Part shown: positions 17,788 to 26,614 of the stretch, in pieces | How the letters are laid out: each line of letters opens with the position of its first letter | How positions within the stretch are numbered: position 1 is the first letter of the stretch | Notes under the pieces: generated by a model | Seen by the model: the letters and a program-made list of their open reading frames with translations, nothing else | Told to the model about the DNA's origin: nothing | The model's database searches: none | Position numbers and translations under genes: made by a program | From: an uncultured Acidimicrobiia bacterium | GTDB taxonomy: Bacteria; Actinomycetota; Acidimicrobiia; Spongiisociales; UBA5794 | Assembly (NCBI GenBank): GCA_963759175.1 | Contig: CAVWXP010000008.1 | Location: forward strand, 10,050 to 74,049 | Length of the DNA stretch: 64,000 nt | Reading direction: 5' to 3'

Positions 17788-19455
17788 CTACTCCGCGCGT
17801 CGCTCGGTGCGAGCGGCGCCTAGACGAGGATCCACGCCGAACAGTCCGTCGCGAGCTTGCCATCGGTGATGCGGTCCACTTGCCACCAATACCTCGCCGG
17901 CCGGGAGGGGTACCTCTGACGTTGACATGTTGACGACACATGCCACACCCGATCCCCTGCGGAAAGCGACGACGCCAGCGCCAAGATCCAGCCACTCGAG
18001 ATCCTCGTCGTTCATCATGTGGAGCCGACGTAGTTCGAGTGCCCGCCGGTACAGGTCCAGGGTGGACGATGGATCGGTGTTCGATGCGGCGGCGAATGCG
18101 CCCCATCCCGGGGGTTGCGGCAACCATGGTTCCACCGAGCCGAACCCCGCCGAGGGTCCGTCATCAGACCACGGGATGGGCACCCGACATCCATCGCGGC
18201 CCTTCTCCGTGTGTCCCGACCGTGTCCATACGGGATCGTCGAGTACCTCGACCGGGAGGTCATACACCTCGGGTAGCCCGAGCTCCTCCCCCTGATACAT
18301 ATAGGTCGAACCGGGAAGGGCGAGCATCAGCAGCGTTGCGGCTCGGGCGCGGCGCAGACCGAGGGCGTCGTCGACCTCGTCGCGGTCCCCGTCGAGGAGC
18401 CACGTCTTCGAACGGGTTCCGGGCGGAAGGGCGTATCGGGTTGCATGGCGCACGACGTCATGGTTCGAGAGCACCCAGGTCGGAACCGCACCCACGGATG
18501 CGGCACCTTCGATCGATGTCACGATGGCGTGGCGCATCTGGGCGGCGTCCCAATCGGCTTCGAGGAAGTCGAAGTCGAACACCTGGTGGAACTCATCGGC
18601 CCGCAGGTACCGCGCAAGTCGGTCCCAGTTCGCCACCCATGCCTCAGCGACCATGACCGTGTCGGGATACTCATCGAGCACGGTTCGCCATCCCCTGATG
18701 ATGTCGTGGACGTCGTCGCGGTCCCAATGGGGATGTGCTCCGCGTGCGAGGACACGGTCCTGATCGGTCTCGTCGGCATCGTCTGCGTCATGGTCGATGT
18801 CGGGGAAGCTCTGGTCTTTTGCGAGACCATGGGCGACATCGACCCTGAAACCACATGCGCCGAGATCGAGCCAGAACCGGAGGATGTCGTGGAACGCCTC
18901 CCGCACCCTCGGGTTCTCCCAGTTCAGGTCGGGTTGGCTGGGGTCGAACAGATGGAGGTACCACTGGCCATCGGGAACCCGCGTCCACGTCGACCCACCG
19001 AAGACGCTTCGCCAATTGTTCGGGGGTAGTTCTCCGTCGGGGCCCCTGCCGTCGCGGAAGATGTAACGATCGCGTTCCGGCGAGCCCGGCGGCGCCGCAA
19101 GGGCTTCGCCGAACCAGCGGTGGGCTGATGACGTGTGGTTGGGAACCAGGTCGACCATCACCTTGATGCCGTGGTCCCCGGCCTCGGCGATCAGCGCCTT
19201 CGCCTCGTCGAGGGTCCCGTAGAGGGGGTTGATGTCGACGTAGTCCGCCACGTCGTAGCCGCCGTCGTTGAGCGGGGACGGATACCACGGGTTGACCCAG
19301 ATCGCATCGACCGATAGTGACGCCAGGTAGGGCAATCGTGACCGGATACCTGCGATATCGCCCGTTCCGTCACCGTTCCCATCGGCGAATGACCGGATGT
19401 AGACCTGGTAGAAGGCGCCGCGTCGCCACCACGGAACGGGGATCTGGGAATGCAT
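17788..19455 (-). CDS. GH13 alpha-glucosidase / oligo-1,6-glucosidase family
   Basis: Start MHSQIPVPWWRRGAFYQVYIRSFADGNGDGTGDIAG. Motifs DLVPNH, GFRVDVA and EAW, characteristic of GH13_31-type enzymes. Confidence 0.85.
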   Translation of the reverse strand: MHSQIPVPWWRRGAFYQVYIRSFADGNGDGTGDIAGIRSRLPYLASLSVDAIWVNPWYPSPLNDGGYDVADYVDINPLYGTLDEAKALIAEAGDHGIKVMVDLVPNHTSSAHRWFGEALAAPPGSPERDRYIFRDGRGPDGELPPNNWRSVFGGSTWTRVPDGQWYLHLFDPSQPDLNWENPRVREAFHDILRFWLDLGACGFRVDVAHGLAKDQSFPDIDHDADDADETDQDRVLARGAHPHWDRDDVHDIIRGWRTVLDEYPDTVMVAEAWVANWDRLARYLRADEFHQVFDFDFLEADWDAAQMRHAIVTSIEGAASVGAVPTWVLSNHDVVRHATRYALPPGTRSKTWLLDGDRDEVDDALGLRRARAATLLMLALPGSTYMYQGEELGLPEVYDLPVEVLDDPVWTRSGHTEKGRDGCRVPIPWSDDGPSAGFGSVEPWLPQPPGWGAFAAASNTDPSSTLDLYRRALELRRLHMMNDEDLEWLDLGAGVVAFRRGSGVACVVNMSTSEVPLPAGEVLVASGPHHRWQARDGLFGVDPRLGAARTERRAE

Positions 19456-19512
19456 GGCGACAGTATGCACGGTTCCGGTTCCTTCGTCGGCACCGAGCGA
19501 TACTGTTCCGGG

Positions 19513-21438
19513 ATGCGCAAGCGCCTTGCATTCACGGTAGGCATGGCCGTCATCGGCGCGTTGATCGTGATGTCCCCGGCCCTGGCGACCGGGGGCGAGG
19601 GTGAGGCGTGGCCTTCGTTCACGGAATCGAGCGCATGCGGCGCCCAGAGGATCAGCACCCCCCACGCCGAACGTACGGGGGGCCTGTCGACCGACACGAT
19701 CCTGCGTGGTGAATTCGGTGCCTATTTCGGCCGCACCGTCGCCGATGTCTTCTCCTCCAGGGTGCTGTGGCCTGTCCCTGGTTCGACCGAGGTCCTGGCG
19801 GTGCATGCTGCGATGGTCCCGGCCCTCGACGAGGCAGCGCGCTCGCTCGAAGAGGCGTTCGCTCGCGGCGACCAGTACGAGATCGACAATCGATCGACCT
19901 TCTCGACGGCAGCACGCACGATCGGCGGCAGCCTTCGCATCTCGCGTCACACCTACGGCATCGCATTCGATGTGAACGCTTCCACCAATCCGTTCCGTGG
20001 GGACAACCGATTGGTGAGCGACCTGCCATCGTGGTGGATCGACCCGTTCCTCGATGCCGGGTTCTGCTGGGGTGGCTTGTGGATCGGCAAGAAGGATGCC
20101 ATGCACTTCGCATGGCAGGGTCCCGCGTTCAGCGGATACGAGAGCATTCCCCTCCCCGCTCCCCCGCTCACGGATACGGCTCGCTTCACGACGCCTGACG
20201 TCACCCAGCTCGTCGTGCCTCGCTCTGGCTCCGACGTCGTTGCCACCGTTCTCGCCGATGCCCAGGGCAATGGCGCCATCGACGTCGTCCGTATCGAGGT
20301 CGACGGCGACGACGTGATCCTCGACACCTCCGTGGCTTCGCGCCGCCACAACGCATGCTCGGCGCGTCGGTCGATCGTGAGCGGCCTCGGCGCCGAGGCC
20401 GCTGGTGCCCACACGATCGGGATGGGAGATTGGGATGGAAGGGGCGGTCAGGACCTCTGGCTCGTCAGCGACAAGGACGGGATTCTGCGCCTCACGGTTC
20501 GGTGGGCGTTCGGTGGCTACGCGGCGGAGACGACGACCAACACGGCCGTTCCGACGCCCTCACCCTCGGCTTGGATCTCGACTGCCGACTTCGATGTCGA
20601 TGGCAGCCTCGACCTGGTCGTCGCCGATCGCGGGACGGTCACGGTGTGGTCGGTTGATCCCGATTCCGGTGCCACATCGATCCTCGATGAGTTCGCCGAT
20701 CCGTTCCCCGGAGCCGACGAGCGATTCATCGGGGATCAGGATCTCGACAACCTCCCGGACCTGTGGGCCATAGAAGACGGTGCCGTCACCACGGCACGGG
20801 CAGCTGACGGCTACATCGCTTCGGGACTGACACAGCAACCGACCTCGCTGGGCACCAACTTCGAGGACGTGGTCGCTGCTGACTACGACGGCGACGGACG
20901 CGCCGATCTGATCAGCTTCGATGGGACCATGAAGCGGGTGTGGCTCGGCAACACCCGGCTCCCGGACGACCTTCCCCTCGACGTGTGGTTCGTCTACGAG
21001 GAACCCGAATGCGAGGAGGGCGAGCCGACGTGGGACCGCGAGGAGCTGCGCTTCTCCACCAGTGGCTGGGTGGCTGAGGGCTCGTATGGGTGGAGGACGT
21101 GGAACGGTCTCCCCACCACGTGCGACCCCGAGGACGAGGGCTGTGCTGTCGGACCCGTCACGGCACGATCCTTCGCCGAGTTCCTGGCCTGGATCGATGG
21201 TCTGACGCCTGCGACCGAGGATGTGTCTCTCGCAGCTCCGCGTGCCGTGACGATGGCCGGATACCGGTTGCCGTGCGCCCTCGACGACCGAGCGTGCTGG
21301 GATCGACCGATGGAACGAGCTGATGTCGCGGCCTACTTCGGGGTCTTCATGGCGGATCGTCGTGGCGACACCCCCTCACCGCACCGATGGGTCTTCGCGG
21401 TGCCGCCAGCGGATGTGACGATCCTCATTCCCGAATGA
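19513..21438 (+). CDS. secreted M15-family (LAS/VanY-like) peptidase domain fused to FG-GAP/VCBS repeat region
   Basis: Signal peptide MRKRLAFTVGMAVIGALIVMSPALA. SRHTYGIAFD...DAMHFAW zinc-ligand pattern. Repeats DWDGRGGQDLW, DFDVDGSLDLVVAD and DYDGDGRADLISFD. Confidence 0.6.
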   Translation: MRKRLAFTVGMAVIGALIVMSPALATGGEGEAWPSFTESSACGAQRISTPHAERTGGLSTDTILRGEFGAYFGRTVADVFSSRVLWPVPGSTEVLAVHAAMVPALDEAARSLEEAFARGDQYEIDNRSTFSTAARTIGGSLRISRHTYGIAFDVNASTNPFRGDNRLVSDLPSWWIDPFLDAGFCWGGLWIGKKDAMHFAWQGPAFSGYESIPLPAPPLTDTARFTTPDVTQLVVPRSGSDVVATVLADAQGNGAIDVVRIEVDGDDVILDTSVASRRHNACSARRSIVSGLGAEAAGAHTIGMGDWDGRGGQDLWLVSDKDGILRLTVRWAFGGYAAETTTNTAVPTPSPSAWISTADFDVDGSLDLVVADRGTVTVWSVDPDSGATSILDEFADPFPGADERFIGDQDLDNLPDLWAIEDGAVTTARAADGYIASGLTQQPTSLGTNFEDVVAADYDGDGRADLISFDGTMKRVWLGNTRLPDDLPLDVWFVYEEPECEEGEPTWDREELRFSTSGWVAEGSYGWRTWNGLPTTCDPEDEGCAVGPVTARSFAEFLAWIDGLTPATEDVSLAAPRAVTMAGYRLPCALDDRACWDRPMERADVAAYFGVFMADRRGDTPSPHRWVFAVPPADVTILIPE

Positions 21439-21475
21439 TGTGGTCACCGCGGCGGTGGCGTGGGACACTGGACCA

Positions 21476-21679
21476 ATGAGCGAGAGGCCAACCTACCGCC
21501 CCGGCGAGCAGCCCTATGACCGGTTGAATGGCATCCGGATCGGCGCCCTCGCCGGCGGTATCGCCGGTGCGGTTCCTGCGGCGATCCTGCAGGGATGGTT
21601 CGCCCTCCTGATCGCTGTCGGCGCAGTGGTCGGCGCGGTGCTCGGTGGTCGGTGGGCAGCACGGGAACGCCCGGAATAG
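21476..21679 (+). CDS. small hypothetical membrane protein
   Basis: Gly/Ala-rich TM segments. Weak. Confidence 0.25.
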   Translation: MSERPTYRPGEQPYDRLNGIRIGALAGGIAGAVPAAILQGWFALLIAVGAVVGAVLGGRWAARERPE

Positions 21680-21867
21680 CTACCGTCGTCCTCGATGCCA
21701 TCCCGGCCGTCGATCGCGATCCACGAGGGACAAGATGAACATCCGAGAACGCCTCGAGCCGCTCCCACCGTGGGTCAGGTTCATCGCCATCAGTGCGATA
21801 GCGCTGTTCGCAGGCCTCGGATTGATGATCCTCTTCCTGCTGTTCGGCTTGATGTTCACCGTGTGAT

Positions 21868-22236
21868 TCAGGCCACCGTCCAGGTCCACGCGTACCAGAT
21901 GATCAGCCCGTTGAAGACGAATCCGACGACGATCAGGAAGTTGTCGTAGAGGCCGTCGTAGGGCAGACCTGCGAGGTTGAACAGCACGAGCGCTGCTGCA
22001 GCGACGATGCTGACCCATCGGATCGATGGATACGCGAGGGTGAGGGACAGCACCACCATGACGATCGGGATCAGCATCGTGAGCGCAGCCAGCATCCACA
22101 TCCACTGCGTCGCAGGTTCGCCGTCGATCTCGCCAGGGGTGAAGTCCCCAGCGAAGATCCGTAGTACGTCCCCGAGCAGGTAGGTGAGCATGAGTGCCGT
22201 CCAGACACCGGCGAGGATGATTCTCACGGACTCCAC
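21868..22236 (-). CDS. hypothetical 4-TM membrane protein
   Basis: 122 aa with four hydrophobic helices and good codon bias. Confidence 0.45.
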   Translation of the reverse strand: MESVRIILAGVWTALMLTYLLGDVLRIFAGDFTPGEIDGEPATQWMWMLAALTMLIPIVMVVLSLTLAYPSIRWVSIVAAAALVLFNLAGLPYDGLYDNFLIVVGFVFNGLIIWYAWTWTVA

Positions 22237-22279
22237 GGTTGATCGTCTCCCTTCGGGTCACATGGTGCCGACACCGTCG

Positions 22280-23252
22280 TCACATCGTGATGACGGTCGT
22301 TCCACGGTTGTGCCCTTCGCCGACATGGGTGACCGCATCGATGCCCGTCGTCCAGCGGGTAGGTCCGATCGATAACTGGCATCACTGCGCCGCTCTCGGC
22401 CAGATCCCTGAGCGTGGCGAGGTCATCCTCGTTCGCGACCGACAGGAACGGGCGCCCTTGTTGCTTGTGCACCACCGATGCGAACGCCGACTTCACGGGC
22501 GTTCCGAGTCCTCCGAACCATCCGGTGGGAGCGGGCGCACCGTTGGCGAGGAGCAGGCCGTCGGGGCGAAGCACCTGACGCATGGCCTTGAGCGAGTGTT
22601 GACCGACGTTGTCGAAGACCAGGTCGTACACCGGCTCACCTTGCGTGAAGTCCTCACTGGTGTAGTCGATGACGTGGTCGGCGCCGAGGGACCGGACCAG
22701 GTCGATCGCCCCCGTCGAACACACACCCGTCACCTCGGCGCCCATCGACTTGGCGATCTGCACCGCAAAGGTGCCCACGCCCCCCGATGCGCCGGTGATC
22801 AGGACGTGCTGCCCGGGCGTCAAGTTGCCGTGGGTACGCAACGCCTGGAGGGCCGTCATCGCTGACACGCCGACTGCCGCGGCCTGCTCGGATGTCAGGT
22901 TGCCGGGCTTGGGAACCAGCGACTCGGGCTTGGTGGAAGCGTATTCGGCGAATGCACCCTTGCACGAACCGAACACCTCGTCTCCCGGTTCGAGAACGGT
23001 GACGTTCCTACCGACGGCCTCGACGGTCCCGGCGATATCGGTTCCGATGACGCCGCTCGGGCCTCGCATCGTTCGGAACATGGGCCGCATGACCTTCGGG
23101 TAGCCACGGACTCCGTAGACGGCGCCGATGTTGATTCCCGCTGCTGCGACGCGGACGACGACGCCGTCGTCATCGAGCGTTGGTTCGTCGATGTGAGAAA
23201 GTTCGAGTGCCTCTTTCGGCGTACCGAACCCAACTTGGACGATTCCCCTCAT
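22280..23252 (-). CDS. NAD(P)H:quinone oxidoreductase / zinc-type MDR alcohol dehydrogenase family, frameshift near C-terminus
   Basis: MRGIVQV...GASGGVGTFAVQIAKSMGA (Rossmann GxGxxG). The true C-terminus GIDAVTHVGEGHNRGTTVITM* lies in an adjacent frame after an extra G in a GGG run (about 22343). Confidence 0.75.
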
Positions 23253-23400
23253 GATGCTCCCTCGGCGGTCGCAGGAGATCTGAAGTCCTTGCGACGCATT
23301 GCGTGTGCGCCCTGTCGGCGCTCCCCCGATCCTACGCAGCGGGTCGATGAAACCCTGGTCGGGCTCGCATTCGACCACTCGGGGGTCGTACGATCCGCCA

Positions 23401-23586
23401 ATGGACGATCAAGCACCATCAACCACCGAGTCCGATTCCGTCGAACCCGACCAAGTTCCAGACGCCGTTGCCGTCGCCAACGACGAGCTCACGATCGCCC
23501 TGACTCCGCCGCAACTGGCGATCGTCGTGGCTGTACTCGCCATCATCGTCATCTGGGTGGTCCGGCGGAGGCGCACAAAGGACTGA
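23401..23586 (+). CDS. small hypothetical protein with C-terminal TM helix
   Basis: 61 aa; weak. Confidence 0.25.
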   Translation: MDDQAPSTTESDSVEPDQVPDAVAVANDELTIALTPPQLAIVVAVLAIIVIWVVRRRRTKD

Positions 23587-23659
23587 TCATCGAAGTGGGA
23601 CGAGCCGACCAGACGGGATGGGGACGCGCTCCCGAAGGTCCGGGGAACACACCGGCCTC

Positions 23660-25396
23660 TCAGTCGGAGGGACTCCCCGCTCCGTCTGCAAGAGGTGGCT
23701 GCTGATCCTCGGCCAATTGCATTCGGCGGAGGAAGTCGGTGACGCCGTCGTCGACTTCGAGGTAGATGCCCTCGCCGGCGAGACGGTCAACGATGCCGGT
23801 CGACACAAGTTCGCCCTGTATCTCGGTTCTCACTCGCGCCATCGCGAATCCGATGGTCTCCTGGTCGAGTTGGTCGAGCATCTCGACGAGCACCTGGGCG
23901 CCGGTCGAATCGATGTCGGTGACGGCCTCGGCGTCGAGCAGCACCTCGGTGACCGCGTCTTCGGCCGTGTCGATGGCTGAGCTGATGTCGTTGCGGAGTT
24001 GGGTCGCGTTGGCGAAGAAGATCGGGGCGTCGAACCGGTAGATGAGGAGTCCGGGGAACGTCGTGGTGTCGGTGTGATCTTCAACGTCCCGGTAGGTGTC
24101 GGTTCCATCGAGACGCCCGAGCACCGCTGTGTGGGGGGACGACGCTCGCAGCACGACGGCGAGAAGCGACAGCGCCACGGCAACCAGGATCCCTCCGAGC
24201 ATCCCGATGATCAGCACGGCAAAGATCGTGAAGACGCCCATCCAGAACTCGGTTCGCCGATAGTGCCACAACGCGGTGAACTCGACGGTGTCGAGCAACC
24301 CGAGGCCGGCGACGATCACGACGCCGGCGAGGGTCGCATCCGGGAGATACGCGAAGACCGGAGCGAGCACGAGCAGGGTGAGGAGGACGAAAGCCGCCGC
24401 CCATAGATTCGCGACCTGGCTCTTCGCTCCCGCATCACCGAGCACGAAGCTCCTCGACTGGCTCCCGTTGACCGGGAACCCACCCAAGAACCCAGATCCG
24501 ATGTTGGCGGCACCGATCCCGAAGAACTCCCGGTTGGCGTCGAGGCGATAGTTGCTGATGCTGGCGAGGGAGCGGCCGGTGAGCACGCTGTCGGGATAGA
24601 CCAGCAGCGCCACGGCGAAGGCCGGACCCAGCAGACCAAGCGTGTCGCTGAGCGGAACCCCCGGCAGGCTCGGGATCGGAATGCCGGAGGGGAACTCTCC
24701 GACCACGGCAACGTCGATATTGAAGATCCATACGAGCGCCGTGAACACCACCACGGCCACGAGGGCTCCCGGAATCGCCCGTGCGAAGCGCTTGAACAGC
24801 ATGACGATCGCGATCGTGCCGACACCGATCGCCAGCGCAGCAAGATCGGTGTCGCCGAGGTTGCGAAGAACGCCACCGATGTCGGTGATGTAGAGACTCG
24901 CGTCGATGTCGATGCCGAACAGCTTCGGCAACTGGCTTGCGACGATCAGGATCCCCGATCCGAACACGTATCCGGCGAGGATGGGACGCGAGAAGAAGTC
25001 GGCGATTCGGCCGAGGCGCAGGAAGCCACCGATGAGCAGCATCGCTCCGACGAAGATGCTGAGCATCGCCGCCATGGCGATGTACTCCTCGGACCCCATC
25101 GCGGCTCGCGGCGCCAGGATCGTGGCGACCATGATCGCAACAGTGGACTCGGGCCCGACGTTGAGTTCCTTGCTCGAACCCCATATCCAGTAGAGGACGA
25201 GCGCCCCGACGGCGGCGTAGAGGCCGTTGACCGACGGCATGCCGGCAAGCGCGGCATATCCGAGCGACTGGGGGACCAGCATCGCCCAGACGGTCAACCC
25301 GGCGAGCATGTCGGGGCGAACCCAGGATCGCTTGTACCGCCTGAGCATCCCGATGCCCGGCGCAAACCGGTCGATTCCGTCCGTGTGTTCAGTCAT
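23660..25396 (-). CDS. SulP-family anion transporter with C-terminal STAS domain
   Basis: N-terminal LAGLTVWAMLVPQSLGYAALAGMP (SulP signature), about 10 TM helices and a STAS-like C-terminus. Confidence 0.85.
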   Translation of the reverse strand: MTEHTDGIDRFAPGIGMLRRYKRSWVRPDMLAGLTVWAMLVPQSLGYAALAGMPSVNGLYAAVGALVLYWIWGSSKELNVGPESTVAIMVATILAPRAAMGSEEYIAMAAMLSIFVGAMLLIGGFLRLGRIADFFSRPILAGYVFGSGILIVASQLPKLFGIDIDASLYITDIGGVLRNLGDTDLAALAIGVGTIAIVMLFKRFARAIPGALVAVVVFTALVWIFNIDVAVVGEFPSGIPIPSLPGVPLSDTLGLLGPAFAVALLVYPDSVLTGRSLASISNYRLDANREFFGIGAANIGSGFLGGFPVNGSQSRSFVLGDAGAKSQVANLWAAAFVLLTLLVLAPVFAYLPDATLAGVVIVAGLGLLDTVEFTALWHYRRTEFWMGVFTIFAVLIIGMLGGILVAVALSLLAVVLRASSPHTAVLGRLDGTDTYRDVEDHTDTTTFPGLLIYRFDAPIFFANATQLRNDISSAIDTAEDAVTEVLLDAEAVTDIDSTGAQVLVEMLDQLDQETIGFAMARVRTEIQGELVSTGIVDRLAGEGIYLEVDDGVTDFLRRMQLAEDQQPPLADGAGSPSD

Positions 25397-25405
25397 CTCG
25401 GTCCC

Positions 25406-25882
25406 TCACGGGTGTCTCGGGGTCGGTCGGCTCATGTCGGCTGGGGCGTCGTCGTGAGAGCCGTCTTTGGCGTTCCCGATCCGGGTGCCTCGCTCGACTT
25501 CGAGCTCGAGCAGCACATCGACAACATGATTCATCTGCTCATCGGTGACGGGATCGAACCGGTATGCCTCGTGGACGAAGGCCGCCGTGTCGCCTCGGAA
25601 GTCGTGTCCGAAGGACTTGAACTGTCCAGGAATCACTCGCATTGCGTTCATGGCATCCACCATCACCTGAACGAATGAGATCAGCGGCACCCATTCCATC
25701 CGTTCCGGCACCCCACGTCCCCTGGTGTCGGATGCAAGCCAAGCAGGGCGTTTCACCGCCATGCGGAATGACATCTGAGCGATCGGATCATTGTCGTGGT
25801 CCAGCACGATCGCCCGAAGCTGATTGGCTTCCGCTCGAGGGAGTCCATGCAACTCTTCGATGCGGTCGAACGCATCGTTCAT
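25406..25882 (-). CDS. hypothetical protein (operon partner upstream of SulP)
   Basis: 158 aa, 9 bp upstream of the SulP start. No recognised motif. Confidence 0.45.
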   Translation of the reverse strand: MNDAFDRIEELHGLPRAEANQLRAIVLDHDNDPIAQMSFRMAVKRPAWLASDTRGRGVPERMEWVPLISFVQVMVDAMNAMRVIPGQFKSFGHDFRGDTAAFVHEAYRFDPVTDEQMNHVVDVLLELEVERGTRIGNAKDGSHDDAPADMSRPTPRHP

Positions 25883-25943
25883 ATTCGATCTTTGGGGAAA
25901 TGGTTGGCGCTCATCGCGGTCGCCACTTCGTGTTCGAGATGCT

Positions 25944-26525
25944 TCAGGTTGAGATCCGTACGTACGTGATGGAGGGAACGTCGGCCAGGGTGTCTTCGAC
26001 GATCGACACCAGGCTCTCGGGACATCCGATCACCAGGCTCACTCCACAACGGTCTGTCTGACCACCGACGCGGGCGAGATCCCCCCACGACATCGACCTC
26101 CGGGTCTCAGCAGCGAGCGTTGAGAGCCCTGCGCGCTCCCCTGGTTTGCCTGCGAGGTAGCCGGTTCCATCAACAGCCGACGGGTATAGCCAAAGGACGA
26201 GGCCGGTTGCCGGCCCCCAACCGTCCCCGAGCGCTCGACCGATAGTTGATGAAAGAGCGAACTTCCTGAGGATCTTCGTTGCCCCGCCGTCTTGTGGTCC
26301 GACGATCGCCATATCGACCTGGTCGACAACGTTCCTCTCGACGAGGAGGTCCTTCACCGCCTGATAGGCATTTCGGGCCGCTTCAACGGACTCCAGACAT
26401 GCTGTGATGAGGACGATGGTCTCAGGCCCTGGGGATTCGCTGTCGTCATACCGATCCGGAGGCACAGCGTCACTCCAACGACGGCGCTGTGGCTGAGACA
26501 CCAGCCGATGCACCAGATCGCTCAC
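25944..26525 (-). CDS. DUF1269-like (general-stress-type, tandem ACT-like fold) protein
   Basis: ETIVLITAC...AARNAYQAVKDLLVERNVVDQVDMAIV pattern resembles DUF1269/YflT-type proteins. Weaker than the second copy at 36001. Confidence 0.45.
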   Translation of the reverse strand: MSDLVHRLVSQPQRRRWSDAVPPDRYDDSESPGPETIVLITACLESVEAARNAYQAVKDLLVERNVVDQVDMAIVGPQDGGATKILRKFALSSTIGRALGDGWGPATGLVLWLYPSAVDGTGYLAGKPGERAGLSTLAAETRRSMSWGDLARVGGQTDRCGVSLVIGCPESLVSIVEDTLADVPSITYVRIST

Positions 26526-26574
26526 GAGGTTCGTACTTCATATGCGAGACCATTGCGCGCTTCGATCAATGGCG

Positions 26575-26592
26575 CATCACCCGAAACGGGTG
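26575..26592. promoter_or_regulatory. palindromic motif CATCACCCGAAACGGGTG (copy 1 of recurring CACCCG-N3-CGGGTG element)
   Basis: 50 bp upstream of the DUF1269-like gene start. An identical 15-bp palindrome architecture recurs four more times in the window. Confidence 0.6.
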
Positions 26593-26614
26593 CGATTGGT
26601 GGAAGGTCCGCGGC

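Noticed and set aside
16941-17933. 330-aa ORF (+)
   Set aside because: Antisense to the cydA fragment and Fer4-CDGSH gene. No motif, Arg/Ala-rich.
17788-20412. 874-aa ORF (-), i.e. an N-terminal extension of the alpha-glucosidase beyond 19455
   Set aside because: GH13 homology starts exactly at MHSQIPVPWW (19455). The upstream 320 codons are antisense to the M15/FG-GAP gene and look like read-through.
24435-25184. 249-aa ORF (-)
   Set aside because: Alternative frame inside SulP #1.
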